From NCBI GenBank assembly GCA_026025075.1, contig JAPEUI010000024.1, positions 1-64,000 on the forward strand: a stretch of DNA of 64,000 nt, written 5' to 3'. The position numbers were made by a program, and so were the translations under genes. Below, piece after piece: positions 37,342-49,796 of the stretch. The stretch's first letter is position 1. Each line of letters opens with the position of its first letter. The notes beneath the pieces were generated by a model. It searched no databases, was not told the origin of the DNA, and saw nothing but the letters and a program-made list of their open reading frames with translations. This DNA is from Vezdaea acicularis (taxonomy: Eukaryota).

Positions 37342-38727
37342 TTATGCGGCATCCCTCGCCCGCTCGTTCCGCCGCCGAAATACAACTTTCCCCACTTCAT
37401 AGCTACTGATCATGATCGCACACGCCGGAGCCACCTTCAGCACCCTCGCCGCACAGCCAGTGAATAATCCCCCCACGCCCTCTTCTTTGAAGATATGCCA
37501 CAGAAAGCGGGGCATACTGCGCTCTTCCGGCGCCAGTCGCCTCGCCCCTTTCTTCACCCCCTCTTCCGTCCCAGGCGCGGGTCTCTTATAGACCTGCTGC
37601 CGCGTCTTGCCGACGTCGAAGGGCATGGTGATGATACTGGCGGCCGCGCCGCTGAGCAGTCCCGCAAGAAAGGAGTCGTTGAAGGTGGTGCCATGTGTTG
37701 TTTCGACAGTGAGGGCAGGGTGACGCTCGCGTGCTGCGGTAAGTTGGGAGCGGACGGACTCATAACCCCACCAGTAAAGGCCCGAGAAGGGGACGTCGCG
37801 CCATAGGGTGAGGGTTAGGCCGCGCCAGAGGGAGGTGTAGCCGCTCTTCTGCACCATGTGGCCGATACCTGCGAGGGTTTCCGTGAAGGGGGAGCGACGC
37901 ACCGCCGCTGCCGCGCCCGTGGAGGAGGAGGGGGGGAGGGATGAGCTTGCTTGGAGGCGCGTGCGGAACATTTCAAGGGGGCTGATGGCTGTTGAGGCGC
38001 CGATGCGGGCGACGGAGCCGGCGATGAGGGGGATGTAGGCGGGGGAAAGGGTGGAGAGAGGGGATGAGGGGTTGTAGCGCAGCCAGTCGTAGCCGGTGAA
38101 GTAGATGACGTTGGCGGGGATGACCATGGCGAGGGTGGGGGAAAGGCCGCGCCATAGCGTCGTGAGGCCTTCGTTGCGGGCGATTTTCTTGAGACCGTCG
38201 TAGGTGGAGGTGAAAATTCGGCGGGAGGTCTCTTCGGCGGCGCAGGGGAGGGAGAGGGAACTAGTCTGGGAGAGGGCGGAGAGAGTTGGGGGGTGGGGTG
38301 TTGAGGTCGTGGCCATGCAGAAGTTGGCGTTGTTGTTCACCCAGAAGACTTCACGGCAGCAGGAGGAGACACCGAGATTCGGGGGGAGGTTGTTGAATGC
38401 GAGAGTGTTTGCGGTCGAGGATAGCACAGGTTGGGATTGGAGCCGGACACGGACGACATCGAGGGGTGTGACTATGTTGAAGGTATTAGTAAAGATATAA
38501 CTGATGGATATAATTGACATGACAATATCTAACACACCTAGGAGACTGGTAAGAAGACTGCCGGAGGTTGCAGAGAGCATGCGCTGTACTGCAGTGATCT
38601 CCACTGCTTCATGCCTGCGAAGAGATATCCGGTCATGAGGCTGTCCATTTACTTGTCCACCGGCCTCTTTACTGGCACTCTGAATATCTTTGTCCTCGTC
38701 CGGCTTCCCTTGCACTACGAACGACAT
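37342..38727 (-). CDS. MTM1: Mitochondrial carrier, Mtm1/SLC25A39-40 type, 2 exons
   Basis: Three carrier signatures (PLDVVRVRLQ, PLEMFRTRLQ, PFDVGKTRQQ), the SCCREVFW Cys insert and LWRDVPFSGLYW. Intron at 38472-38537. Confidence 0.92.
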   Translation of the reverse strand: MSFVVQGKPDEDKDIQSASKEAGGQVNGQPHDRISLRRHEAVEITAVQRMLSATSGSLLTSLLGVLDIVMSIISISYIFTNTFNIVTPLDVVRVRLQSQPVLSSTANTLAFNNLPPNLGVSSCCREVFWVNNNANFCMATTSTPHPPTLSALSQTSSLSLPCAAEETSRRIFTSTYDGLKKIARNEGLTTLWRGLSPTLAMVIPANVIYFTGYDWLRYNPSSPLSTLSPAYIPLIAGSVARIGASTAISPLEMFRTRLQASSSLPPSSSTGAAAAVRRSPFTETLAGIGHMVQKSGYTSLWRGLTLTLWRDVPFSGLYWWGYESVRSQLTAARERHPALTVETTHGTTFNDSFLAGLLSGAAASIITMPFDVGKTRQQVYKRPAPGTEEGVKKGARRLAPEERSMPRFLWHIFKEEGVGGLFTGCAARVLKVAPACAIMISSYEVGKVVFRRRNERARDAA

Positions 38728-39201
38728 ATGATGTAATGATTGATCGGCTGTCGCGCGCCCGAAACCCTCTCAATCACTTGCTAGAATATGTTCAATGTGC
38801 CTTAAATGGACTTAATATTCACACGACGAAGTGAAGAAGACGAAAAGCGAAGAGGCTAAGTGAAAGAGGGTGATGATGTAGCTTGATGGTAATTAGTGCA
38901 TAACGGGACTTCCTGAGATCTTTTCGCTCTCGGCAAGTCCCTTGCCACAAAAAAGTCCTTGCCGAGCTTTTGAAGGTGAATCATCTGCAGGGATCTTTTG
39001 TAGTTGCTTTCAGAGATGCATAAGCTCCGTTCTCGATGACTGATGGGTCATATCTTAACAAATTTAAGCCAACCCACATCCCGCATCAAGTCGTCATTCA
39101 GCCTAACTTAAATGTATACCTTACCTTTCCGCTCATCTTTCTCAGCCCCTTTAAGAAGCTTACGGAGGTGAGGAGATCAGCCTCGTCACGCCATCGTCCT
39201 T

Positions 39202-40808
39202 ATGGATGACCATAACAATCCTGAACTGGAGTCTTTCCGTCAGCAATGGCGCGCAGAAGTTTCTGCCAGGACGAGGGGCCATGCGTTACCAAGGGGCGGA
39301 GATACACCGGGGGACACCGAAGCCTTAATGAACGCTCCCCCGTTGGTCCCTGCGACCCATAATTTTTCATATGGCTCTACGGTCCCCACAGAGGTAGCTC
39401 TCACCGAACATGGAGAGAACTTATCCGATTCTGCGCCCCATACTGAGGCGGCGAGTCAACGTCGTTCAAGCAAGGCCACTGCAGACACAGAAGGCGACAT
39501 AGACGGGGCAAGCCAGCCTTATCAGAAGGAAATAAACTCTGCATTAGAACATTATGAGCGTGCAGTTGAAAAGGAGGATCAAGGGAAATTGGGAGACAGC
39601 GTGAAACTGTATCGCCAAGCCTATAGAGTACGCCTCCTGAGCGATAGTCACATAGTGATACTAACGGGTTGTTGCTACAGCTGGATGCGTCCGTTGATCG
39701 GACGTATCGAAACAAGCACTTCCCCCCTTCGTCGAAACCTGCAAACTTGAACCCTTCTAATGCTGCTGTTACGGTACCAAACACCGCTCATCACTCATTA
39801 ACCGGTGCCCTTCCATCAATGTCCGATCTTATCGCGGGGTTTGCAAACCTTTCCATTCCTCCCGCACAACCTCTTTACAAGAGCGATCCGAAGCCTCCTT
39901 GTCCAATCTCAACCTTGCCATCGGAATTACTCGCAGAGATCCTGGTTCATTTGGCAGTCTCGGATGTTGCAGCATATGTACGCCTTTCCCAGGTCTGCAA
40001 GCGGTTCGCATACTTGGTCGCCACCGAAGACCGAATATGGAAGCGGGTGTGTAACGGGTCCAAAGTGGGATTCGAAGCGCAACACTATCAATGGGCTTGT
40101 GATATTCTTGGTGGGCCTCTTATCCAAGATGACGAGGACGGCCACAGGTTAGGGGGAGAACAAGACAGCGAGCAGGAGGAGACTAAAGTGGAGGTTACAC
40201 CCATCCCACGAGCGCCCCTTGTCGAGTCCACTTACAACTCATCCTGGTTACAGATGTTTCGGTCCAGGCCCCGGATACGTTTCAATGGATGCTACATCAG
40301 TATCGTGAATTATGTCCGTCCAGGCGCTGTCTCGCCTACCCAGACTTCATGGAATACGCCTGTTCACATCGTCACGTACTATAGATACCTGCGCTTCTTC
40401 CGTGACGGCACGGCGATATCGTTGCTGACAACGAATGAACCCATCGATGTAGTGCACCATATGACGAAGGAAAACCTCACGATGCACAAAAGAGGAACTA
40501 TGGGAGGGCTACCTTCCGCAGTAATGAAGCTAGCTCAGAGGGGTAGATGGCGCCTGAGCGGGCCTGAAGACGGGCCAGAAGGTGAACCGGAGGGCGATCT
40601 TCACATTGAGACTGAGGGGTTTGACCCTAAGTATCTTTACAAGATGCATCTGACTCTTCGGGCGACTGGCCGCCCGAATCGAAGTAAGAAGTTGACTTGG
40701 CGTGGTTTCTGGACATATAATAGATTGACAGACTCTTGGGGTCAGCTCAGCTTGAAGCATGACAAGAATTATGTCTTTAGCCCTGTCAAAAGCTACATAG
40801 AAGGCTAG
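39202..40808 (+). CDS. HRT3: F-box protein Hrt3/Pof7 (FBXO9-like), 2 exons
   Basis: ELESFRQQWRAEV; ALEHYERAVEKEDQGKLGDSVKLYRQAYR|LD; F-box ISTLPSELLAEILVHL; RPRIRFNGCYIS...HIVTYYRYLRFF. Intron at about 39628-39680. Confidence 0.92.
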
Positions 40809-41499
40809 ATCATATGTCTACTAAGCAAGATAAAGCTACATAATAGAACCATGCCGTGGGAAGGTTTCGCGCAACCTCGACTAACACGCGGACTCAAAGT
40901 AGGATAGAGCTTACCCTCGTCAACAGTTGATCCACGGACATTCTACGTGCTGTTGTAACTAATGGGGACGAAGTGCGTCACCAGCAACGTGAGCATCCTT
41001 CCAGATTGCAAGAAAAAGGGGTTTGGTCCGTCTTTCGAGTTGGCCAACCATATGAACAGCCGTGTTCTGACATTGGTAAGTGCCAGCTAAAGTTGCATCA
41101 AACAGTGTGCAAACACCCCGCAAGGAGAAACTTCGCCCCGCCTACGAGTGGGGGAAGGGGGACGCGACGCGCCAGGCAACCAACGTCCTAGTGTTTTTTT
41201 AGGAAATTCACTTGCTGCACATTCACTCTAATTTCTTAGACTATTAAGATAGACCAAACGCGGACTATTGAGTTTCTTATTCTAGAAAATCCTTCAATTA
41301 ATGTGAATTGAAAAACTGCAGGGATTTTCGCTTGCATATGTGGACGTCAGCGTCATCCCTTGGGACCACTGGGCAATTTGCTTTCTTGTACATCCTCCGT
41401 TGAACTACATGAGGCTAAATTTCTTCAACAAAACGTATTTGAGTTTCATCAAGGAGATCTTTCCTGCAAAGAAGGATAGAAGCTTCAGCGGTGGTAGAT

Positions 41500-43531
41500 A
41501 TGCAAAGCCAACATGACACTCGGACGAAGCCGTCACTTGAGACTCTCCCGGTCGAGATCTTGTGAGAATGCATTTATGCGCTACCGTTTGCTTACTGACT
41601 GTGTACTTATAGTGGGAAGATATGCACTTTTCTAAACACGAATGCGCTCTCTAAAGTAGCTCTGACATCTCGAGCTCTGTATCTGGCTACGCAGTCCCCT
41701 TTATATCGGCATATCACCATACATTCGATACAAGTTCTCTTCCGACTTGTGCGTACGCTGAATGGACTAGGTTCAGCTGCGAGCGACCTAGAGAAGGCAA
41801 GATCTTGGTATGAACAGCAGACAAAAACGAAGGATGTACTAACAGCCAAAATCACCGTTGAAGGTTCTGATAGCGGGCCTTGGGGAAGTCCAACGGCTGT
41901 GCTTGTGTCTGGGCTAATAAGATCATTGGTTAAGTATGTTTTTCACAAAGCAAATGATTTCGCAGAAGCCTTGAAGGCGGCTTATAGAAATACTGCTTGC
42001 AAAATCAAGCTCCATCTAGCTCTCTTAGAGCCTCCTTACTTAAGCTAACATTTGATAGTCACGCACCAGAAATTAGAATCACTCTTTCTCTCATAAAGTC
42101 TAGCTGCTCATGTCCCTTTCTCCGAGGCTGTGTCGCAGAGACCTTCCCGCGTGTAACAAAGCTTGTACTATACGTGGGCAAACATCACCATACTCCCCAG
42201 AAGCCTGAAAAGAGTTCGACCGCCCTGAACAGTATGCTTTCTCCTGCGTCAGGCGCACGCCGCACAGCTATACCTCGGCCTCCTGAACGCCAACGATGTC
42301 TCCCGTCTGGTAACTTCTGGGACCCTTTTTTGAACGGACGTAGCTTTCAAGATTGTCGCTCCATCGAGATTCACCATTACTGGGCCGAGCCCTCCAGGAC
42401 TAAGATCCTTCCATTGGATGGTCTTCTTGAGCCTGACGTACCCTGGAGCGCAAGGGGGACTTCGTATGAAGTAACAGATGCATATCTTGGCCGTCTAAAC
42501 CGTCAGAGGATAACAGGCTCGACTTTACTTTCGGCCTCAGACTCGTTTGGGGGTCTTCAGAAATTTGAGGAATTTACCGTCGAGGGTGCGCCTGAACTGA
42601 CGGAAGAAATCATGGGGACGATTATGGAAAATAGGGGAAGTATTGCTACAAACCTGAAAAGGCTTGACCTACGAGGCCTACCATCTCTTACACTTCGAGC
42701 AGTTGCTAAACTGCTAGCCCGGGCTCTTCCGACCTTGACTCATTTCACCTTGCACATAGGTCCGCACAACTCTGATGCTGTAGAGCACCGTTCAAGGTTT
42801 CAGAGCAATGCGAGATATGAGAAGGAATACCTTGAGCGAGGCGAGATTGTCCCACACCTTTGCCCCTTGATTCGTGACTTCGGGAAAGACGTACAGCAAC
42901 TAGAACTGGCAGTACCCTACGTCTGTCGCCAAATCTTCATCACCAATCAAGAATCGGAGGCTTTAGAACAAGCAGGAGTGCAAATTAAAATTGGCGTGGA
43001 GCCCGGAATAACTCCCAGCCTTACTCCATTGGACTGCCGCTCTATCAGTAAAGTCCTTTCAGACTACCGCAACCAAAGCGCACTACATACCCGCCAGAGA
43101 AACATCGATGCCGCTGTTCTCAAAGCCGGGAATGCCCAAGATGGAATGAATTCCAGGGCTGCCGCTAACGCAGGAATCGAGTATGACATCCAGGTCGAGG
43201 ATCGGATGCGGAGAGTACGGGAAGCCAAAATACCGTGGAAGCGCACAATAATTGCCTGGGATGGCCTCTGCTCAGATGACCATACGTGGGAGGAGTTGAC
43301 AGTAGAGGCCGACCTGGAAGAAGAGCACGTGGAATGGACTTTAGCCAGTGAGTCGAATAGGTTAAACAAACTGGCTGTTGGCGTTACTGATTTAATTTTG
43401 CCCCTTTAGACTATGCCATCCCTTGCGCATCAAGGCACAATGGCGGCAGAACGCTCGATCAGCCCTTTTGGAGCGATGTTACGGGCAAAGATACCAGAAG
43501 TCGCCCTGAAGTGGACCCATTCGATATGTAG
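41500..43531 (+). CDS. Uncharacterised F-box-like protein with possible LRR-like segments, 4 exons
   Basis: Manual splicing gives MQSQHDTRTKPSLETLPVEI|FGKICTFLNTNALSKVALTSRALYLATQSPLYRHITI (F-box-like), joined to the 470-aa ORF (NLKRLDLRGLPSLT...LPTLTHFTLH) and a short last exon ending TAG at 43529-43531. Confidence 0.75.
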
Positions 43532-43848
43532 CGTCTATATACAGTTCAACGCCCTGCTCTTGGCCTCCATTGACCAAGGCAGATTTTCCCTGGTCAATTC
43601 AAGCTCGAGCGACCCTGAAAAGGCTTTAGAGGCGGTCGCGCTATGGGACATGATGATGGCGCATCCTCAGGGTAGCAATTGCTTTGGTCTCGGTACCGTC
43701 GTGTCCTACTTCCCACATGGAGTGCTCGTTTGAAGCTATGGGCTCGAAAGAATCGAGGCCTTCAACCTAGTACGGTTGCTGGCACCATTCCATAATCTTT
43801 CAAGGGCCAGCATTTTTCAATTCGGGGCCCCTAAGAAAGAGTCCTGAT

Positions 43849-44685
43849 TCAAGCCTTACACGTCTCTCTATGGACCGCCAGGCACTCACTTCCACAAACT
43901 CTTGCCTCGCACCTTAACCCCGTACAAGCAACCCGACCCCAGTATCCACAAATAGCACAAAACTTCCTTGGTGGGGGCCTCGATCCTTTCGGCGGCGTGG
44001 CCCTCGCGGCCGCATACGTCAGCGGCGGGGCATTCACGAGCTTCTCCAACACTTCTGGCGTCGGGATCGACTCGAGCTCGAGCTCGGCTTGTGTCAATGG
44101 CGACCCGGAGGAAACTGGTAAAGGGGCGACGGAGGAAACGGCTGACTGCTGCTGCGACCGTGAAACCGTCGGTTGGGAGAGCAGCGCCTCTTCATCGGCG
44201 AGGTGGTTGGAGAAGGTCTTCTGAGAACCCAATATCTTCCGCACCGCGGGCGTCATCTTCGTCTTTGTCGCTGCAAACAAAACGTGATATGTTAGCCGTT
44301 GCACCTCCTATAGTCCTTCCCGTTGGACTCTATGTAGAACTTTGGAAGGGAGAAACGCATAGAGCAAACAGGCCATACCTCTCCCGCCCGCCCCCCTCGC
44401 CGGCACCGCTATCCCCACATCCCTCGCATTCTCCCTCTCATACCCCGCAACGCGCTTCGCCGCCGCCGCATCCGCCTTCGCATTCAGCGCCATCGCGTCC
44501 TGAAATCCATTTCCACTACTGTTATTACCGCCGCCGCGCGCCCCCCGCTGCCGCGAGGTGCCCGCCGGTAAGAGCGTCTTCTGTTTCGAGGGATCGGGCG
44601 CGAGTGCTTGTGGGACGTAGGCCCAGCCTGGAGCGTTCGCTTTGGGGTTCGTTAGGGGTAGCTCGGTGATTAGTGGGGCTGGCAT
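43849..44685 (-). CDS. VPS71: SWR1 complex HIT zinc-finger subunit Vps71/Swc6, 2 exons
   Basis: APGWAYVP N-terminus; TPAVRKILGSQKTFSNHLADEEA; HIT finger RKFCAICGYWGRVACTGLRCEARVCGSECLAVHRETC. Confidence 0.88.
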
Positions 44686-45418
44686 GTTGGGTATTCGTCG
44701 TGGGTTTTGGGATGGGGAAGGTGGACGGTTGGCGGGGGTTTGTAGAAAGAATGGGATGGGTGAAGCTGTGAGGTGCGAGTGAGCGAGGCTCGTTCGTGGC
44801 GAGATTCACTGTGTTGCGCCTCCGCGCGGGAGTCTGCGCGCGGAGAAATGGAATTTCTTCCCTTTCTTTCCTTTCCTTTCTGAGCTTCAACTCTTTGCGT
44901 AGAAGTAATTCTAGGCAGCGATTTATACAACTTAGGAAGCTCAATCGCTTTTTGCACTATCGGAGCTTTGAGCTCCAAATCCACCAATAGATTTCAACCT
45001 CGCAGGATAATTGTGCCCCGCATCATCGCCAGTAAGGCTACGCCTTGACGACACCTTCCTAAAACCAATGGCCAATATTTCCTTAGTCCACCTTTTCGTT
45101 CCTCTCGCTCGAGTGTATATATTCGGCATCATGGGGTTATAAATCCCACTTGTTCCCCGATGCGATACTGAGCATTTAACAGCGCCATTCCATCTCTTCC
45201 CCCACCGCGCCCAACACGCTGACTGAGTGCGTAACCTCCCCAGGGTGGGGCAACTTTCCTACACTTGTGAGCTTTCTTTTGTGTGCAAGGCTGGATCGAA
45301 GTCAAAATGGCTAATACGGACCAGGAACTACGACTGACGGCGTGATATGCAGATAGTTCAGTCGGCATACGCAAAGTTAATTGCGAGTCAAGTTGTTGCC
45401 TAGCTAGCTAGTCCGACC

Positions 45419-46753
45419 ATGCGTGTCCGACTGAGCATCAAGCAGCGATGGCCGCACTACGAAGCCGCAACAGCTGCTACGGGGCCTGCGCCAGCCAAAC
45501 CCAAGAGGGGGACGACGACGAGTATAGCTACAGCTACAGATATACAGACGCCCAAGCTCACTCCAGAGCCCCGCAAGCACCCCACACCCATCGAGCGTCT
45601 TCCCCCAGAACTCTGCGTCCTAATCCTCTCCCACCTGCCCAACTTCTGCGACCTATGGAGCGCCATCAGTGCCTCCCCCCACCTCGCCGCCGCATACCAG
45701 GCCTACCGGCGCTACATCAAGGGCTGCGTCGTGAACAGTCTCCTCGGGCGGGAGCCACTGCACGCACACGGGACGACCGCTGTGGCCGACCTGCTGCATC
45801 TGGAGGTATACGAGCAAGAAGCGGGCGGGGAGTTTCTGCTGCTGGGGCGGTCCGCCAACGATAGTCTGCAAGCGCAGATCTGCGCCTTCAGGAGTCAGTC
45901 CGAGCGTGAGCTGTATATCGCGGAGCACCGCGTACGCTTCCGCTCGCAACGTCCGCGCCCACGCCTGCCCCAGATCAACACCATCAACCAGGAGGAGACC
46001 TTCACCTTCGTCGCGCCCATCCCTGATCGCCTCTCCCGACTCGTCCCCGCGACCCAGCATCTCTCGCGATCCTTCTACACCGGCTACGCAAAAGCCGACG
46101 CCGCTGCCGCCAGCGGGGCCAACCCATCCGCGCTTTATGCGCATTCCGCAAATGACAGCGGCCGCCGTAGGTGCCACCGCGCCCTGCTGAACTACGAGGT
46201 GTACAACAGCCTCTTTCGATGCGAATGCGGCGCCAGCCACGCGCACCACCAGAAGTGGATGATGCACCAGCGGAAGCTATTCTTAAGCACACTCCCGCCC
46301 ACCGACGCACAGGACGTGGTGTGGGCGCAGACGTGCGTGCATCGCGCGATCAGGGAGATTTATGCGCTGCACTCACAGGCGCGACGGCGCGTCGTCAGCT
46401 ACGACGATCGCGTTATGTGGCCTCGTATGCCCTCTCTTTCCTTTTCTTTCTTCCTTCCCCCCCGCTTTTCTTTTGAGCGATTCTCCTAAGCGCAAGGGGA
46501 AATCATCTCTAACCCAGCAAATTGCACGTTAGTGAGCCTGAGCGATGCGGTGCTGGACTTCGCGGCGTCCCGAGACCTGCATATTCTGCGACACTTTCTG
46601 CTCCCTGGCAATCGTAACGACGACGAGACGAGGTATTGGCCGCTGCAAGCTGCTCTCTTTACCGGGCTAAGATCCGGCTTTCCGGATTTGTTGGAGAACA
46701 GGGTGTTTCATCGGGATGACTGCGGTATTTGCTTTCGCTGGCTTGATAGGTAA
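45419..46753 (+). CDS. Uncharacterised protein with an N-terminal F-box-like motif, 2 exons
   Basis: PIERLPPELCVLILSHLPNFCDLWSAISASPHLAAAY is F-box-like; RCHRALLNYEVYNSLF follows. Intron 46425-46532 joins in frame to the ORF ending at 46753. Confidence 0.7.
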
Positions 46754-47161
46754 GGGGAAGTGAGGCGGCTGGTGTAAGGTTCTGCTGGAATTTGATTGTG
46801 GGATTTTAGTCTTTTGCTGAGTTGAGGTGTTGGTGTGAACTGGTCATAGTTTCTATGTGTGATATTTGAAAGAGATACAGAGGTTGGAGGGTCCGGGTAG
46901 AGGGGTTTACTACCATTCTAGATGTCGTGTGTGAGAAATAAGGTAGATCTAGCTGCGCGCTATATGGGGAAACATACAACATATCTGGCACAAGCCCCCT
47001 CATCAGCTTGACGATGGGAACGATGAGTCTTTAGGCGGGTAAAACAGAGAGAAAGGGGGAACGTCGTATCATCCCATAATCTCCGCACGTGCGTTCAGTC
47101 CCTACAATGCACGGAAAGGGGCCCCTTGATGTGAACAAGGATTTTCATTGTCCAAGCAGCA

Positions 47162-49796
47162 TTACACGACGAACGCGCGCTCGCTCTCCCACGGCGTCAA
47201 CGGCAACGCCTTCTTCTCCTTGCCATTCTCCCACGCGAGAGCGGGCCGCAGCTTATTCTTCGTTGAAGCAGGACAGGTGGCGCCGTTGGCCATGAGGAGC
47301 TTGACGAGGCCGGGCTCGTTCAGGCCCATGGCCAGACTCAGCGGCGTGATGCCACTACCCCTCGCCGTCTCGAGATTGACGTCGACGCCGCGGCATGTGA
47401 GCAGGCGTTCGACGACGTGGAGATGCTTGCTGCGCACGGCGAGATGCAGCGGCGTGAAGCCCGTGGCCGTCGGCAGCCGCTCGATCTCGCAGTCGTGCTT
47501 GGCGCTCAGCTTGAGCATGTAGTCGACAACCTTCCCCTGGCCGAGCTGTACGGCGTGGTGGAAGGGCCGACGATTTTCGCGGTCGCCAGCCCATAGCCGG
47601 GTCTGGAGGTCTTTCTTCTTCACGTCCTCAAGCATGAGCTTGGTAGCCTTAAGGCTGCCGGCACCGGCGCACAGGTGCAATGGTGTGTGACCGTAGCTAT
47701 TCTTCATGTCGAGGGCGCGAGTCCAGTGGTTTTCGGAGAGACCAAGACCGTTGTTGAGGTTGGACTGATCGAAGAGGATCTGCACGATTTCGTCCTGACC
47801 GCTGCGGCAGGCTTCGTGGAGCGCCGTATTGCCATCGTAGTCTTTGGCGTTTTGGCGGCCATCGTAGACGCCGATTAGTTCGTGGAGGACCCTAGTGCGC
47901 CCGCGTTTGGCTAATATGTGAATGAGGCGGCTGCCGCTTTTGGTGGCGATGTTGGGGTCGGCTCTGCGCCGGAGGAGGAGGAGCACAATATCATCCGAAT
48001 CAGCGTCAGCAGCAAGATGGAGGGGGGTTCGCTCGTCAAGGTTCTGTGAGTCGATAAAGGCGCCGCGGTCAAGGAGGTATTGCACAATTTCGAGGTAACC
48101 TTGTTGGGCGGCGTAGTGAAGAGCTGTAAAGCCGCGCTCTGTCGGCGTGTCGACGTCAACTCCTTCGTCAAGGAGTCTTCGAATTCTGTCGAGACTACCT
48201 TGAAGTGCGGCCCAGTGCAGATCTCCGAGTTTCGGCGAAGGGACGTTCTGGCATTGAAGCTCCCGCTCAGTCTCCACGACAAGCACCTTCCTGTGCTTCT
48301 TGAAGTCTAGTGCATCCTTGGTGAGCTCAAGGGTGCTTTTTAGGTCGGTAACCAGCCTTGGCTCCTCTTTTCCATAGGGATTGCTCGGCTTTTTGAATGA
48401 TGAAAAAGATGCCTTTCGACTTAATGGTGGCGTAGGGTACGACGTTTTCCGGAGGAGTGGTGACGACGGATCGACGACCTTTTTTCCCGTTTTTCCAGGC
48501 GACGGCCAGAATTCCGACCAATCCAGATCGTCAGGTGATACTGTTCTTGGGTACTGTTTTGAAAGAGGCTTGTCGAAGTCCTCGTAGGTTGATGGGCTGT
48601 CCTCCTCGGTGATTCTCTTCACTTGTGGACCGCGATTCTTAGCTCCACCACATATTTTCTGATAGAGACTCTTAAAGTCCGCTTTCGGTCGTGAGGGTGA
48701 TGCGCCGTCCACAGACATTGCCGTTCCCGGCCTCGAGGTCATGCTGGAAGCCCTCTCGAGCATTGACGGAACCAACGTGACATCGGTATCAATACATCTG
48801 ATACCAGCCATTGCCGAAGTACTGTGTGCCAATGGTGGCCTATCCACATCTCCCACAAGTGTAGCCTCCGTATCGACACGCCTGATTCCTCCCAACACGG
48901 AAGGTTCTTTCTCAGAGCCAGTGGAGGTCAAACTCGGTTTCGACCTCTTTTCGACCAACGTACTGCGAACTGGAGAGGCCAGGACTTCAACAGCTGCTGG
49001 AGTTGGACGTGCCGCTATGACTGGTTCGGTTGCTCCTTCGTTGAGTGCTCCGGTCTCAATTGCTGTTTTGATCCAGTCTACGATGTACTGACGATGCTCT
49101 CTGACCATTTCTGAGGTGATCCCGACCTCCGCCAAATCTCGCATGATTTCCTTCCATGCTGTTGGGTCACTCCGGACAGACTCAAGTGTCTGTACCGATA
49201 CGATCGACCCTTCCCTCAATCCTGACTGCTTTTCGGCGAGGTATTTGTTCAGCCGCTTCTCAAGCCGGAGGATAGAGACGCTACCGTCACCCAACGAGTC
49301 AATGCGCGCTCTAAATGTGAATTAGATTTGAAATGGAAGATCCTTGCTCACTTGTTGAGAGTCGCATTGAACGACGAAAGTATAGCGAGTTGGACATTGA
49401 GTCTTTGCCGAACGGCGTTCAAGTCTTGAGCTCCCCACTTCACCTTATCCCAAACCCTGGCCAGCTTATCAGCAAGGTGAACTGAGATGCAATTGAAGCG
49501 CGAGCAGCCAACCTTTGCGAGGAGGTGGCCAAGCTTTCATATTTTTGGAGCAGCTTCTCGATGCTTCTGAGAACCTCATAGCATCCTCCACAAATCGTAC
49601 CTAGCTCCTGCTGTCTCGCACTATCCAGCCTCTGCACGCTTACAATCTCCTCTGTCTGCTTCAAGAGCAGGTGAATCTGGCCTACCGAGTCCGAGAGGGC
49701 CCGGAAGTCCTCTGGGGCGTCTTTGGTGGCCAGGTATACATTCCAAGCTAGCTGCGGGACGGTGATGACATCGGAAATGCTGAAACCAAAACTCAT
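47162..49796 (-). CDS. HeLo-like/SesA-type N-terminal domain plus C-terminal ankyrin-repeat protein, 3 exons
   Basis: N-terminus MSFGFSISDVITVPQLAWNVYLATKDAPEDFRALSDSV...GCYEVLRSIEKLLQKY...|VWDKVKWG; multiple ankyrin repeats (GFTALHYAA, RTPLHLAA, GNTALHEAC, GHTPLHLCA, GFTPLHLAV, GITPLSLA). Confidence 0.85.
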
